Source: an uncultured Alphaproteobacteria bacterium
Lineage (GTDB): Bacteria; Pseudomonadota; Alphaproteobacteria; RF32; CAG-239
DNA: 64,000 nt
NCBI GenBank assembly: GCA_910585375.1
Contig: CAJUCZ010000002.1
Coordinates: 43,285 to 107,284, forward strand
Direction of reading: 5' to 3'
This document shows positions 1 to 11,008 of this stretch, one piece after another. Position 1 is the first letter of the stretch. Each line of letters starts with the position of its first letter. The notes beneath the pieces are model-generated. The model saw only the letters and a program-made list of their open reading frames with translations. It searched no databases and was not told the DNA's origin. Position numbers and translations under genes: made by a program.

Positions 1-83
1 CGCAACCAGACTGGATACCTTGCAAGGCAAACGCTGGGAACAAGGATATCATAACAGACGCGGCGGTCGCGAATAAAAACTGA

Positions 84-113
84 TAAAAAATCCGGAGACA
101 TTTCCGGATTTTT
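84..113. terminator. Bidirectional hairpin terminator aatccgga-gacattt-tccggatt plus T-run
   Basis: Perfect 8-bp stem followed by T-run, between a possible upstream + strand gene end and the XRE gene end. Confidence 0.5.
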
Positions 114-136
114 TTATTTCCGCCGGCTTTTGTTTT

Positions 137-649
137 CTATTCCTGAAAGGGTTTGTCTGCCTGAGTTGCAGCCATTGCCAGAATTTGAAGCAAATTAAAA
201 ACATTGCCGGCAACCATCCGGTTACGAATTTTAAAATAATTAGACAGCAATTCCTGCGCTTCATTTGTATTTTCCGGACAAGCCGACAACGGATTATTGT
301 CACTGTCATCAATAATGTCAGGATGTTGTATAAAGCTTCGCGGACTTTGGTTCGCAACCTCCTGCGGCATATCTTCAAAAAAGAAGTTAAGGTCGGTTTT
401 AAGAAGTTTGCTTATATCCCATAAGCGGCTGGCGCCAATCCGGTTGTTCCCTTTTTCATATTTTTGTATTTGCTGAAAACTTACGCCCATCAGTGCGGCA
501 AATCTTTCCTGACTCATTCCCAAAAACTGCCGGCGCATCCTGATTCGTTGACCGACATACACATCTATAGGATTGGGAGCTCCGTCCGGACAACGGCCGC
601 GACTGTTGCTTTTAATAATTTTCTTGGTAGTCCTGTCAGATTTTTGCAT
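137..649 (-). CDS. XRE-family helix-turn-helix transcriptional regulator (start moved to internal ATG with AGGAGG RBS)
   Basis: Cro/CI-type HTH motif GQRIRMRRQFLGMSQERFAALMGVSFQQIQKYEKG. The track ORF extends to 697, but the ATG at 649 is preceded by AGGAGG 9 nt upstream. Confidence 0.55.
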   Translation of the reverse strand: MQKSDRTTKKIIKSNSRGRCPDGAPNPIDVYVGQRIRMRRQFLGMSQERFAALMGVSFQQIQKYEKGNNRIGASRLWDISKLLKTDLNFFFEDMPQEVANQSPRSFIQHPDIIDDSDNNPLSACPENTNEAQELLSNYFKIRNRMVAGNVFNLLQILAMAATQADKPFQE

Positions 650-997
650 ATAATCAATCCTCCTGGGTATGTAAAAAAACAAACTCCACCTTAACATTAA
701 GGTGGAGGAGCTCCTTACACGAGAATAGTGTAGCCATTATTCACCATAACCCAGTTATGGCGTAACCACAAACGAGTTATGGCTATTACCTGACACTCCT
801 CCGCAGTTAACGTATGAAGTGTCAAATCTTCTGCTACATAACAGTTTGACTATGTTATATTCTCGGGTTAGGATTCCCTGTACTTTATAATAATACGCAG
901 AAATACCTGCACCTGAGATTGTAAAGCCAAAAACTGAAAAATCAATTAAAATTTATCCCACGCCAAAGAAAAACAATTTTATACTAAAATATAGGTC

Positions 998-1310
998 TTG
1001 GAGCAAAACCTGAAAACAAAGCCCCTCTCCCTCTCTTGAAAGAGAGGGTTGGGGAGAGTTGATTAGCCCGATTACCGAACAACTTCTTAATCTTTGGAGC
1101 AAAGAGGTAAAATTAAAGCACAATCTCTCGTCCGGCACGATTTGGGTGCCCTTTGCGAATAGCTTAGGTTTTGGAGCAAAAACCAAAAATGAAGCACGGA
1201 GACGGAGAGCGTAGCGAGGTTAATTTTGCTATGAAACCTTAGCAAATGAGCGTAGGGCTGCCTTTTTGGTTACTTTTTGGCAGTCAAAAAGTAACAATAA
1301 AAAATAACCA
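998..1310. repeat. Three tandem degenerate ~80-95 bp repeats, each starting TTGGAGCAAA, each followed by a local hairpin
   Basis: TTGGAGCAAA at 998, 1094 and 1171. Repeat heads align as ttggagcaaaRNNNNaaaaNNaaagcNc. Hairpins include 1022-1058 (ccctctccctctcttg aaa gagagggttggggagag) and ggcacgatttgggtgcc. Confidence 0.5.
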
Positions 1311-1319
1311 ACTCTATGA

Positions 1320-1600
1320 AGAAACCAAAACCCGAAAATAAGAAAAGAAAAACGACGGTAAAAGAGAGCGAGCGGCGGAGGGAAAGCAAACGGAATAAGG
1401 GGGTGAGAAAGAGAAAGTGGGACGGGAAAAGAAAGTGGCAGGGAGTGATAGGGTGGAAAGAGAGAGGAGAGAAAACGGGGACGGGGAGATAAGAGAGAGG
1501 AAGAAGAGGGAAGGAGAAAGAGAGAAAAAAGTGAGAAAGAAGAAACAAGAAAAAGAAGGATGAATTCAGAGAGAAGGAAAAATTACAAAAAAAATTCTTG
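1320..1600. repeat. Roughly 280 bp polypurine (GA-rich) / polypyrimidine tract, potential H-DNA-forming
   Basis: Almost no T on the + strand, so all three frames lack stop codons by composition. This explains ORF-track entry 1270..1608(-) and a 59-aa K/R-rich + frame. Confidence 0.6.
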
Positions 1601-1698
1601 AATTTCAAAATTTTTATGCTATAAATACATCATACCTTTCATAATACAATTTGAGAGTGGGGCCAAAAGCCCCGCTTTTTTGTTAGAGGAAACAATAA

Positions 1699-2199
1699 AT
1701 GCAACAAAAACACCCGTTACAAGACCTGCTGGAACCGGTCATTTCCGGCCTCAATTACGAGGTTGTCCGGATTCTGACCATCGGCCAGAAAAATCCGACC
1801 CTGCAGATTATGATTGACCGTCTGGACGGCAAAGACATCACCGTTGACGACTGTGCCACGGTCAGCCGTGCCGTATCCGCTCTTCTGGATGAAAAAGATC
1901 CGATAAAAGACCAGTATTCTCTGGAAGTCAGCTCTCCGGGGCTGGATCGCCCTCTGACAAAACCTGAACATTTCAAACGTTTCTCCGGCAACGAGGCTCG
2001 GATTGAAACTTCTGTTGAAGTTGAAAAACGCAAACGTTTCAAAGGCTGCCTTAAAGGCGTTGATGACCAAAACCGCGTCCACATTGACATGGACGGCACG
2101 GATTATGCCATTGCTTTTGACGACATCAGCAAAGCCAAACTGATTTTAACCGATGAGCTTCTTCAGGCCGCTGCCGAAGCTCAGGCTATTGAACTTTAA
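1699..2199 (+). CDS. rimP: Ribosome maturation factor RimP
   Basis: Conserved position immediately upstream of nusA; length 166 aa with a RimP-like N-terminus. Confidence 0.8.
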   Translation: MQQKHPLQDLLEPVISGLNYEVVRILTIGQKNPTLQIMIDRLDGKDITVDDCATVSRAVSALLDEKDPIKDQYSLEVSSPGLDRPLTKPEHFKRFSGNEARIETSVEVEKRKRFKGCLKGVDDQNRVHIDMDGTDYAIAFDDISKAKLILTDELLQAAAEAQAIEL

Positions 2200-2225
2200 T
2201 TTCAAATTTTAACAAAGGACTTAAA

Positions 2226-3734
2226 ATGCAAAATACCGAAAGTATGCCAAGACCTGAAATTATCTTAGTCGCCGATACGGTCGCCCGTGAAAAAAACATT
2301 GACCGCGAAGACGTATTCACCGCCATGGAAGTCGCCATTCAAAAGGCCGGCCGCTCCAAATACGGCTTTGAGCATGACATCCGCGCTCACATCGACCGCA
2401 AAACCGGTGCCATTTCTCTGGCGCGTTATCGTGAAGTTGTTGAAGAAGTTGAAAACGAAGTTACCCAGTTGACCGTTGATCAGGCTCGCGATTATGACGA
2501 AAACGCCAAAGTCGGCGATTTTATCATCGATGCCCTGCCGCCGATTGATTTCGGCCGCATTGCCGCCCAAACCGCCAAACAGGTCATTGTCCAAAAAGTC
2601 CGCGATGCCGAACGCAACCGCCAGTTTGAAGAATATAAAGAAAAAATCAACACTATTGTCAACGGTACGGTCAAACGTATTGAATTCGGCAACGTCATTT
2701 TGGATATTGGCAAAACCGAGGCTGTTTTACGCCGCGATGAGATTATCCCGCGGGAAAAATTCAAAAACGGCGACCGCGTCCGCGCTTATGTTCTGGATGT
2801 CCGCCGCGAAACCAAAGGCCCGCAGATTTTCTTGTCCCGCACCTGTCCTGAATTTATGGCAAAATTGTTTGCTTCCGAAGTTCCGGAAATTTATGACGGC
2901 ATTGTCAAAATTGTGGCTGTTGCCCGCGATCCGGGATCAAAAGCCAAAATCGCCGTCAAAACCGACGATATGACAATTGACGCCGTCGGCGCCTGCGTTG
3001 GTCTGCGCGGTATCCGCGTTCAGGCTGTTGTCACCGAACTGCAGGGCGAAAAAATTGACATTGTTCCGTTCAGCGAAGACAAGGCTCAGTACATTGTCAG
3101 CGCTTTGGCACCGGCAGAAGTCAGCAAAGTCGTGCTGGATGAAGAAAATAACCGCATTGAAGTCGTTGTCCCGCAAGAGCAGTTCTCTCTGGCAATCGGC
3201 CGCCGCGGTCAAAACGTCAAACTGGCATCCCAGCTGCTCGGCTGTGACATTGATGTCCTGACCGAAGAACAGGAACAGGAACGCCGCTCAAACGAAAACA
3301 AAGTCCGCTCCCAGCGCTTTATGGAAGCTCTTGACGTTGATGAAATGATTGCCCACCTGCTGATTGCCGAAGGTTTTTCAACCGTCGACGAGATTGCAAT
3401 GGTCGCCCTGAACGAACTGGCCGAAATTGAAGGCTTTGACGAAGATTTGGCTGCCGAACTGCAAAACCGCGCAAAAGCTTTTGTAGAAAAACGCAATCAC
3501 GAATTTGAAGAAAAGAGCAAATCCCTCGGTCTTGACAAAGAAATTCAGGCTATTGAAGGCCTGGATCAGGATATGCTTTTGACATTGGCTTCAAAAGGTG
3601 TTAAAACCATTGACGATTTGGCCGATTTGGCTGCCGATGAACTGATTGAGATTTTGGGTGAAAATTCGCTGACCGAAGTCGAAGCCGAAAAAATCATCAT
3701 GGCTGCCCGTGCCCACTGGTTTGAAGAGGAATAA
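2226..3734 (+). CDS. nusA: Transcription termination/antitermination factor NusA
   Basis: 502 aa with S1 and KH regions in the rimP-nusA-infB context. Confidence 0.9.
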   Translation: MQNTESMPRPEIILVADTVAREKNIDREDVFTAMEVAIQKAGRSKYGFEHDIRAHIDRKTGAISLARYREVVEEVENEVTQLTVDQARDYDENAKVGDFIIDALPPIDFGRIAAQTAKQVIVQKVRDAERNRQFEEYKEKINTIVNGTVKRIEFGNVILDIGKTEAVLRRDEIIPREKFKNGDRVRAYVLDVRRETKGPQIFLSRTCPEFMAKLFASEVPEIYDGIVKIVAVARDPGSKAKIAVKTDDMTIDAVGACVGLRGIRVQAVVTELQGEKIDIVPFSEDKAQYIVSALAPAEVSKVVLDEENNRIEVVVPQEQFSLAIGRRGQNVKLASQLLGCDIDVLTEEQEQERRSNENKVRSQRFMEALDVDEMIAHLLIAEGFSTVDEIAMVALNELAEIEGFDEDLAAELQNRAKAFVEKRNHEFEEKSKSLGLDKEIQAIEGLDQDMLLTLASKGVKTIDDLADLAADELIEILGENSLTEVEAEKIIMAARAHWFEEE

Positions 3735-4306
3735 TGGCAACCGCAAAAGAAATAAGAAAATGCATCGTCAGCGGCGAGGTTATGGAGAAGGAAAATCTTC
3801 TCCGCTTCGCCCTTACGCCCGACAGACAGATTGTTCCGGATTTTAAGAAAAAAATTTCCGGCACAGGAATTTACGTCGGCAACGCAAAGAGCACCCTTGC
3901 CGCCGCGATTGAAAAAAACTTATTTTCCAAAGTCTGCAAAAAAAAGGTCAAAGCCGATGAGCAATTAATCATTCTGGTTGAAAACCTGCTCAAAAAACGC
4001 GGTCTGGAACTGGTTTCGCTTTCCCGCAAGGCCGGAATCCTGCTGACCGGATTTGAAAAAGTCTGTGAAGCCGTAAAAAAAGACAAAGTCGCTTTTATAA
4101 TGGAGGCCTCTGACGCCGGAACCGACGGACATAATCGGATTTTATCCGTATCTGGGGGATTGGAAATTTTTAACATTTATAGTGTTGAGGAGTTAGACAA
4201 GGCATTAAACAAAACAAACACTGTTCACATAGCTTTCAAAAAAAGCGACATGGCCAAATCAGTCCGTACGGAACTGACAAGAATTAAAAATTTTCTAAAT
4301 TCATAG
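3734..4306 (+). CDS. YlxR/DUF448-family RNA-binding protein with L7Ae-like C-terminal part
   Basis: Sits between nusA and infB as in many bacteria, and overlaps the nusA stop in an ATGA arrangement. Confidence 0.6.
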   Translation: MATAKEIRKCIVSGEVMEKENLLRFALTPDRQIVPDFKKKISGTGIYVGNAKSTLAAAIEKNLFSKVCKKKVKADEQLIILVENLLKKRGLELVSLSRKAGILLTGFEKVCEAVKKDKVAFIMEASDAGTDGHNRILSVSGGLEIFNIYSVEELDKALNKTNTVHIAFKKSDMAKSVRTELTRIKNFLNS

Positions 4307-4337
4307 ACAAAGACGCAAAATACGGAGAAGAATTTAT

Positions 4338-6815
4338 ATGACAGAAGATAATGCAAAAAATAAACTCACATTATCGGGAAAACTCACACTAAAACTGGGC
4401 GATAAAGCCCCGAACAAAGGCAGCGAAGGCAAAAAGGTCATTCAGGTGGAAGTCCGCAAAAAACGGATAATCTCCCCTTCGGCATCAGCCAACAGCGAGT
4501 CCAAAGTCAAAATCGACGAGGCAACCGCTGCAAAATTAAAGCTGATCGCCGAGGCTAAAGAACACGAAGCACAAAAACGCCGCGAAGAAGAAGAACGCGA
4601 AATCGAACGCCGCCGAGAGGAAGAAGAAAGAAAGAAAAAGCAGGAACAGGAAAAAGCTGAAGCTGCCGAAAAAGCCATACAAGCCGAAAAATCAGCAGCA
4701 CAGGAAAGCAAAAAAATTCAGCAGCCTGAAAACAAACCTGCTCCGGCAGCCGAAGACAAAGGTTTCAAATCCAAAGACAAAAAATCTAAAGATTTTGATG
4801 ATGACGATGATGATGACAGTTATCATAAAAAAGGCAAAAAGTCTGTTGCTGAAAAAACATCATCACGCGAAGATGCTTTTGAACAGGAACGCAAAAAAAT
4901 CGTTAAACGCAGCTTTGAGCCGCAGCGCCGCGGCGGAAAGCTGAACATCAATGCAATCTCTGACGATGACGATGATGACTACGGCTTCGGAGGCCCTCGC
5001 CGCCGCTTTAAGAAAAAACAGCCCAAACCGGTCGTTGTTCAGCAGCCGCAGGAAAAAATCATCAAAGAAGTTACCATTCCTGAAATTATTACCGTTCAGG
5101 AACTGGCAAACCGCATGGCCGAAAAAAGCGCTGACGTTATCAAAAAACTGATGTCTTTGGGCGTAATGGCCACTATTAACCAACCTATTGACGCCGATAC
5201 CGCACAGATTATTGTTGAAGAATTCGGACACAAATTCAAACGTGTTGCCGAAAGCGATGTTGAACTCGGTCTGAGCGGACCGGAAGATAAAGCCGAAGAT
5301 ATGAAACCGCGTCCGCCGGTCGTAACCGTCATGGGTCACGTTGACCATGGTAAAACCTCATTGCTGGACGCTCTGCGCGAAACCAACGTTGCTGCCCGCG
5401 AAGCCGGCGGCATTACCCAGCATATCGGCGCATACCAGATTCAGGTAGAAACCGGCGACCGCATTACCTTTATCGATACGCCGGGTCACGAAGCCTTCTC
5501 GGAAATGCGTGCCCGCGGAGCCAAAGTAACAGATATCGTTGTCTTGGTCGTAGCCGCCAATGACGGCATTATGCCGCAAACGGTTGAAGCAATCCGCCAC
5601 GCTCAGGCCGCCGAAGTTCCGATTGTTGTTGCCATTAACAAAATCGATCTTCCCGGCGCTGACCCGATGAAAGTCAAAACCGCTTTGCTCAACCACGGCA
5701 TTGCCGTAGAAGAGCTTGGAGGGGAAAGCTTATGCGCCGAAGTTTCTGCAAAAAAACGCATTAACATCGATAAATTGGTTGAAGCCATTTTGCTGCAGGC
5801 CGAAATTCTGGATTTGAAAGCCAATCCCAACCGTAAAGCCGAAGGCACGGTTATCGAAGCTAAAATGGAAAAAGGCCGCGGCAGCGTTGCAACCGTCTTG
5901 GTTCAAAGAGGCACCATGCATATCGGCGACATTTGTATTGCCGGCAAAGAATGGGGTCACGTCCGCGCTATGTTTAATGAAACCGGCCACAAGATTTTTG
6001 AAGCCGGACCGGCAACACCGGTAGAAGTTCTGGGTTTACAGGGGACGCCTTCCGCAGGTGACGACTTCGTTATTGTTAATGACGAAAATCAGGCCAAAGA
6101 AGTAACCGGCTACCGCATTCGCAAAGAACGCGAAGCCAAACTGGTTAAGAGCGCCAAATCCGCCATGGAACAAATGCTTGATAAAATTAAATCCGGTGAA
6201 GTCAAGCACCTGCCGGTTATTATCAAAGCCGACGTTCAGGGCTCGATTGAAGCCATTGAAGGCACGATTAAAAAACTGTCCAACGATGAAGTCAGCGTCC
6301 AGATTCTGCACTCTGCCGTCGGCCCGATTTCTGAATCGGATATCTCTCTGGCTAAAGCGTCCAATGCCTTTATCATCGGCTTTAATGTCCGCGCCAACCC
6401 GCAAGCCCGCGACATGGCCAGACGCGACGGCGTAGACATTCGTTATTATTCAATCATCTACGATGTTGCCGATGACGTGAAGAAAGGTCTGGAAGGCATG
6501 CTTTCGCCGGAACTCAAAGAAAAGATTCTGGGATACGCCGAAATCCGCGAAGTCTACAATATTACCGGCGTGGGCAAAGTTGCCGGCTGTATGATTACGG
6601 AAGGACTGGTAAAACGCGGTGCCAAAATCAGATTGCTGCGTGATAACGTGGTTATCCATGACGGCAGCCTCGGCCAGCTCAAACGCTTCAAAGACGATGT
6701 CAAAGAAGTCAAAGAAGGTTATGAATGCGGTATGAGTTTTGAAAATTATAATGACATTCAAAAAGGCGACTTTATTGAATGTTACGAGATTGAAGAAATC
6801 GCCGCCACATTATAA
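4338..6815 (+). CDS. infB: Translation initiation factor IF-2
   Basis: 825 aa with GTPase motifs GHVDHGKT and DTPGH, and a charged low-complexity N-terminal region. Confidence 0.95.
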   Translation: MTEDNAKNKLTLSGKLTLKLGDKAPNKGSEGKKVIQVEVRKKRIISPSASANSESKVKIDEATAAKLKLIAEAKEHEAQKRREEEEREIERRREEEERKKKQEQEKAEAAEKAIQAEKSAAQESKKIQQPENKPAPAAEDKGFKSKDKKSKDFDDDDDDDSYHKKGKKSVAEKTSSREDAFEQERKKIVKRSFEPQRRGGKLNINAISDDDDDDYGFGGPRRRFKKKQPKPVVVQQPQEKIIKEVTIPEIITVQELANRMAEKSADVIKKLMSLGVMATINQPIDADTAQIIVEEFGHKFKRVAESDVELGLSGPEDKAEDMKPRPPVVTVMGHVDHGKTSLLDALRETNVAAREAGGITQHIGAYQIQVETGDRITFIDTPGHEAFSEMRARGAKVTDIVVLVVAANDGIMPQTVEAIRHAQAAEVPIVVAINKIDLPGADPMKVKTALLNHGIAVEELGGESLCAEVSAKKRINIDKLVEAILLQAEILDLKANPNRKAEGTVIEAKMEKGRGSVATVLVQRGTMHIGDICIAGKEWGHVRAMFNETGHKIFEAGPATPVEVLGLQGTPSAGDDFVIVNDENQAKEVTGYRIRKEREAKLVKSAKSAMEQMLDKIKSGEVKHLPVIIKADVQGSIEAIEGTIKKLSNDEVSVQILHSAVGPISESDISLAKASNAFIIGFNVRANPQARDMARRDGVDIRYYSIIYDVADDVKKGLEGMLSPELKEKILGYAEIREVYNITGVGKVAGCMITEGLVKRGAKIRLLRDNVVIHDGSLGQLKRFKDDVKEVKEGYECGMSFENYNDIQKGDFIECYEIEEIAATL

Positions 6816-6821
6816 AAAGCA

Positions 6822-6850
6822 ACAAAAAAGCCTCTCTTAATGAGAGGCTT
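6822..6850. terminator. Bidirectional rho-independent terminator (aagcctctc-ttaat-gagaggctt)
   Basis: Perfect 9-bp stem flanked by A- and T-runs between convergent infB and the 6855..8045 ORF. Confidence 0.7.
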
Positions 6851-6854
6851 TTGT

Positions 6855-8045
6855 TTACTCACAAACAACTTTGCCGGACGCAAGATCTTCGGCCAAAGCA
6901 TCATTTTCCTTTTCGCTGTTCAGATAAGCATCCGCTTTCTCCTGCAAACCCAGTTTGTCAATAATCTCACGGGCCCCAGCGGCATGATTGCCGTTTAACA
7001 TTTTGCCCAATAAAACAATATTATTATTAAACTCACCGTTACGGTTCACAAAATCCAGCTGGCGTAAAGCCTCAAAATCATTCTCGGCAATCAACACAAT
7101 CAGCTTTTCCGTCACATAGGGAATCTGACTGGCAATTTTATTCACAATTTCTCTGGCTAAAATCTGTTCTTTTTCCGGATAACAAAAGTTTTTCAGCTTT
7201 TCCAGCAGCTCAACGGCTATGGCAACGGAAAGCGGCGGCTGACGGGAAATCACCCCAAGACACTGCGGCCAGAGCTCTGATTTCCAGTTCATCAGCAACC
7301 GGCAAATTTCATCGGCATTATTACAAGTAATAACCTGCTTCAAAAGCACAAGCGTTTCCTGCTCTTTTCCCAATATCCACGCCAAGTGGCACAAATTATA
7401 AAGATCAGAAGCAGCAGCACCTTTTTCCTCTGGAAAAATCCGGCTCAGCAAAGCCAATTCTTCAAAGGCATACACCATTTCTTTATCCAAATACGCAAAA
7501 CAGTTTCGGCACAGAAGCTCTTTTTTCTTCAGTTTGCGGGCTGACTGCACAAAGCACGTCAGAAGTTCAAACAAAAGACCGTTCAATTCCGGATTTTTCT
7601 GCAGCTGCGCTTTATTGGCGATCAGAAAAATACTGACTTCGCGCAGCAAATCTTCACTGACTTCGCCATGCTCCATCCAATACGTCAGAAGCTTGGCACA
7701 CCAGAAGCAATCATACTCCAGAGACGGATGTTTTAATGTACTGATAAATAAATCCTGCCAATCCGATGCCTGATGGAAAAAAGACAGAAACCTATTTTCC
7801 AAACCGGATCTTCTGCTCATAAGATTAACCATTCCGTTAAGCAAAACACTTCGGCAAACACAAAACTTGTCATCAGGACAAGATTGCTCGTCTTCTACAT
7901 CCAGAAAATAAAAATCCTCATAAGAGAATTTGTTTTCCAATAAAATCTGCTTCACCATCCAACGTTTGACAATAAAACGCCGGTTTTCGTTCTCACCGTT
8001 AAAAAATTGTGAAATTTGCTTTCGGCTGATTTTTTTCTGCTTCAT
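6855..8045 (-). CDS. Hypothetical protein, 396 aa, no recognisable domain
   Basis: Long uninterrupted ORF with its own terminator. It occupies the position where rbfA-truB-rpsO-pnp normally follow infB. Confidence 0.5.
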   Translation of the reverse strand: MKQKKISRKQISQFFNGENENRRFIVKRWMVKQILLENKFSYEDFYFLDVEDEQSCPDDKFCVCRSVLLNGMVNLMSRRSGLENRFLSFFHQASDWQDLFISTLKHPSLEYDCFWCAKLLTYWMEHGEVSEDLLREVSIFLIANKAQLQKNPELNGLLFELLTCFVQSARKLKKKELLCRNCFAYLDKEMVYAFEELALLSRIFPEEKGAAASDLYNLCHLAWILGKEQETLVLLKQVITCNNADEICRLLMNWKSELWPQCLGVISRQPPLSVAIAVELLEKLKNFCYPEKEQILAREIVNKIASQIPYVTEKLIVLIAENDFEALRQLDFVNRNGEFNNNIVLLGKMLNGNHAAGAREIIDKLGLQEKADAYLNSEKENDALAEDLASGKVVCE

Positions 8046-8197
8046 AAGTGATATAATTTAATAAATATTAATAATAAAATTTGGAAACGCGATTATACCA
8101 GCCTTTTTTTATTTGACAAGTTTTTAATCACTATTGAGTTTTGGGATTAAAAACGCTATATAATAAAACAGTTTGACTATTATTTTAAGGAATTGAA

Positions 8198-10063
8198 ATG
8201 AAATCGGGAAGAAATCTTGCAATCTGGCTGGCCATATTCGTTGTCCTTTCTCTGATAATGAATATTTTTAACGCCTCCCAACAGGTGAAAGATTATAACA
8301 AAGTCGCATTCTCTGAGTTTATGAATTATGCGGATAACAAACAATTGTCAGAGGTCACGGTCGAGGGGCCGAACATCACGGGCGTCACGACTAACGGTGA
8401 AAAATTCATCACCTATGCACCTTATGATCCGACAATGATTGAAACCATTCGTAAAAGCGGTGCCAAAGTTGAAGCCAAACCTGTTGATACCTCGGCAAAT
8501 ACATTCTGGGGTGTTCTGATTTCATGGTTCCCGATGATTCTGCTCATCGGCGTGTGGATTTTCTTTATGCGTCAGGCCAACTCGGGTAATAATAAAGCCA
8601 TGAGCTTCGGCAAATCGCGCGCCAGACTGATTGAAAATACCAAAAAAGTCACTTTTGCCGATGTTGCCGGTTGTGATGAAGCCAAAGAAGAACTGGAAGA
8701 AGTCATAGAATTCTTAAAAGAACCTGCAAAATTTCAGCGTCTGGGCGGAAAAATCCCGAAAGGCGTATTGCTCGTCGGCCCTCCGGGAACAGGTAAAACC
8801 CTGCTGGCCAAAGCTGTTGCCGGCGAGGCGAATGTTCCGTTTTTTTCCATTTCCGGTTCGGACTTTGTGGAAATGTTTGTCGGTGTCGGAGCTTCCCGCG
8901 TCCGCGATATGTTCCAACAGGCCAAAAAGAACTCCCCCTGCCTGCTTTTTATTGACGAGATTGACGCTGTCGGCCGGCACCGCGGTGCCGGATTGGGCGG
9001 CGGCAATGATGAGCGTGAACAGACCCTGAACCAGCTGCTGGTTGAGATGGACGGCTTCGAAGCCAATGAAAACGTTATTGTTATTGCAGCCACCAACCGT
9101 CCTGACGTCTTGGATCCGGCATTGCTGCGTCCCGGACGCTTTGACCGTCAGGTTACAGTCACCAATCCCGACAAAAAAGGCCGTGAAGAAATCTTGAATG
9201 TCCACGTCAAAAAAGTTCCGCTGGCCAAAGATGTCAACATTTCGGTCATTGCCCGCGGAACCCCCGGTTTTTCCGGCGCCGATCTGGCCAACTTGGTTAA
9301 TGAAGCGGCATTGCTTGCCGCCCGCAAAAACAAAAGGAAAGTAACATCAAAAGATTTTGATGAAGCCAAAGATAAGGTTCTGATGGGCGCAGAGAAAAAA
9401 TCTATGGCAATGGATGAAAAAGAAAAAACCCTGACCGCTTATCATGAAGCCGGTCATGCCATCTGCTCATTATATGTTGAAGAAACAGACCCGATTCATA
9501 AAGCTACCATTATCCCGCGCGGGCACGCTCTGGGTATGGTTCAGCAACTGCCGGAAAAAGACCAGTATTCTTATTCCCGTGCTAAAATGCTGTCACGCCT
9601 TGTTATTATGATGGGCGGCCGCGTTGCCGAAGAATTGAAGTTTGGTTACAACGCCGTTACCTCGGGCGCTTCTTCCGACATTGCCGCAGCCACCAATCTG
9701 GCACGCTCAATGGTCACGGAATGGGGAATGAGTGATTTGCTCGGCCCGATTTTATATGCCGAAAACTCCGGCGAAGTCTTTTTGGGCAAATCGGTCACTC
9801 AAAACAAAAACGTAAGCGAAGAAACCGCCAGACTGGTCGATTCTGAAATCAAACGTTTGGTAACGGAAGGCCATGACAACGCCAAAAAACTTCTGCAGGA
9901 AAAAGAAAAGGAATGGGAACTTCTGGCTCAGGCACTGATTGAATACGAAACCCTGACCGGTGACGAAATCAAAAAGGTCATCGCCGGAGAAAAGCTTGAT
10001 AAAAGTGACGAAGGTCCGGTCAGCGAAGAAAAGCGAACCCACTCTTCCGTTCCGGAAGTATAA
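8198..10063 (+). CDS. ftsH: ATP-dependent zinc metalloprotease FtsH
   Basis: Walker A GPPGTGKT, second-region-of-homology motif, HEAGH zinc site and an N-terminal TM segment. Confidence 0.95.
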   Translation: MKSGRNLAIWLAIFVVLSLIMNIFNASQQVKDYNKVAFSEFMNYADNKQLSEVTVEGPNITGVTTNGEKFITYAPYDPTMIETIRKSGAKVEAKPVDTSANTFWGVLISWFPMILLIGVWIFFMRQANSGNNKAMSFGKSRARLIENTKKVTFADVAGCDEAKEELEEVIEFLKEPAKFQRLGGKIPKGVLLVGPPGTGKTLLAKAVAGEANVPFFSISGSDFVEMFVGVGASRVRDMFQQAKKNSPCLLFIDEIDAVGRHRGAGLGGGNDEREQTLNQLLVEMDGFEANENVIVIAATNRPDVLDPALLRPGRFDRQVTVTNPDKKGREEILNVHVKKVPLAKDVNISVIARGTPGFSGADLANLVNEAALLAARKNKRKVTSKDFDEAKDKVLMGAEKKSMAMDEKEKTLTAYHEAGHAICSLYVEETDPIHKATIIPRGHALGMVQQLPEKDQYSYSRAKMLSRLVIMMGGRVAEELKFGYNAVTSGASSDIAAATNLARSMVTEWGMSDLLGPILYAENSGEVFLGKSVTQNKNVSEETARLVDSEIKRLVTEGHDNAKKLLQEKEKEWELLAQALIEYETLTGDEIKKVIAGEKLDKSDEGPVSEEKRTHSSVPEV

Positions 10064-10087
10064 TCTTCCTTTGGCCGGAATATCTGC

Positions 10088-10123
10088 AACTGCCTGCTCA
10101 CGCAGGCAGTATTGCGTTTAAAT
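10088..10123. terminator. Hairpin element ctgcctgctcacgcaggcag+tattgcgtttaaat (copy 1 of a repeated terminator module)
   Basis: Near-identical (about 33 of 35) copy at 23416-23451 after grpE. Confidence 0.55.
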
Positions 10124-10197
10124 AAAAAAACAACTTTGTAATCTGCCTCACTTCCGAAAAAAGAGATTATAAAGCTGTTTTTTAATCAATTATAAGA

Positions 10198-10863
10198 TTA
10201 TTCTTGCGTGGTATTTTTATACAACCACTCTTTGAATTCAACCACATTCCTGACTTCCGGAATCCAACTGAGTTCTTCCGGCAAATCCGACGTAAATTCG
10301 CACCGCATGCGCACCGGATGAGCACCGCTGTCAATCGCCGCATATTGATTGTAAATACGGTCATCGACCAAAACCGTTTCTTCGGCTTTCAGGCCATATC
10401 TTTTATAACAATCACGCAACATATCCTCTTTTGCCGTATCATGCATAAATTTCCCGTGCTGCACACATTCAATTGTCAAAAAGTCAGTAACTTCAGCTAA
10501 CAACGTATTAAGAAATTTCTTCTTTGTTTCCACGTCAAATGTCGCAGACATTGTAAACTGGCGATACCCTTTCTGATTCAATTCTTTCAGAACCTCAATA
10601 ACATTCGGATATAAGGGGCGATGACAAAAGAACTCCGGAGAATGACAAAAGTCATAATCAAGTTCCGCTCCCAATTCAGGATGAGTTTTAAGTTCTAATG
10701 CGCCATATTTCGGACTGACCGGCAAAACCTTCGGAAGATCCTCCCACTGAATATTTCCATATTTGGGCGCATATTTTGGATGCTTGGTTAAAAAATTATA
10801 ATAAGCAAAATTCAAATTTGCCAACACGCCGTCAACATCCCAAAAAATATTCTTAATCTTCAC
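10198..10863 (-). CDS. HAD-superfamily hydrolase (5'(3')-deoxyribonucleotidase-like)
   Basis: N-terminal DVDGVL motif typical of the HAD fold. Confidence 0.55.
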   Translation of the reverse strand: MKIKNIFWDVDGVLANLNFAYYNFLTKHPKYAPKYGNIQWEDLPKVLPVSPKYGALELKTHPELGAELDYDFCHSPEFFCHRPLYPNVIEVLKELNQKGYRQFTMSATFDVETKKKFLNTLLAEVTDFLTIECVQHGKFMHDTAKEDMLRDCYKRYGLKAEETVLVDDRIYNQYAAIDSGAHPVRMRCEFTSDLPEELSWIPEVRNVVEFKEWLYKNTTQE

Positions 10864-10962
10864 ATTTCCTCCTACACCTTCGTTAGGGAATAAAAATTTC
10901 TCATCCCGTTTAACAATAAAAATTACAGAAACAATGTACTATAAAACCCATTTTTCTGCAAC

Positions 10963-10991
10963 AAAAAAAGCCTCCGGATAAAGGAGGCTTA
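10963..10991. terminator. Terminator hairpin aagcctcc-ggataa-aggaggctt downstream of trxA
   Basis: Perfect inverted repeat with a flanking A-run. Confidence 0.6.
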
Positions 10992-11008
10992 ACTTATAAA
11001 GCAGCTCA

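Noticed and set aside
49-694. Track ORFs 49..378(-), 185..424(+) and 464..694(+)
   Set aside because: They are shadow frames overlapping the XRE regulator gene 137..649. None has an RBS or a recognisable motif.
1270-1608. Track ORF of 112 aa on the minus strand, and a 59-aa K/R-rich + strand ORF (1316..1495), inside the polypurine tract
   Set aside because: The tract contains almost no T on the + strand and no A or G on the minus strand, so stop codons cannot occur in any frame. There is no RBS, and the translations are low-complexity. These are compositional artefacts.
700-1690. Looked for tmRNA (including permuted two-piece), RNase P RNA and 6S RNA in the large non-coding region
   Set aside because: There is no GGGG-acceptor / T-loop / tag-ORF arrangement; the candidate frame ANERRAAFLV... 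lacks the hydrophobic ...LAA-stop tag end. No RNase P P4 motif (AGGAAAGUCCGG) is present. This cannot be excluded without covariance-model scans.
840-8195. Shared 13-mer acagtttgactat at 840-852 and 8171-8183 (upstream of ftsH)
   Set aside because: A single short match in AT-rich intergenic DNA is likely chance or a generic -35-like TTGACT context.
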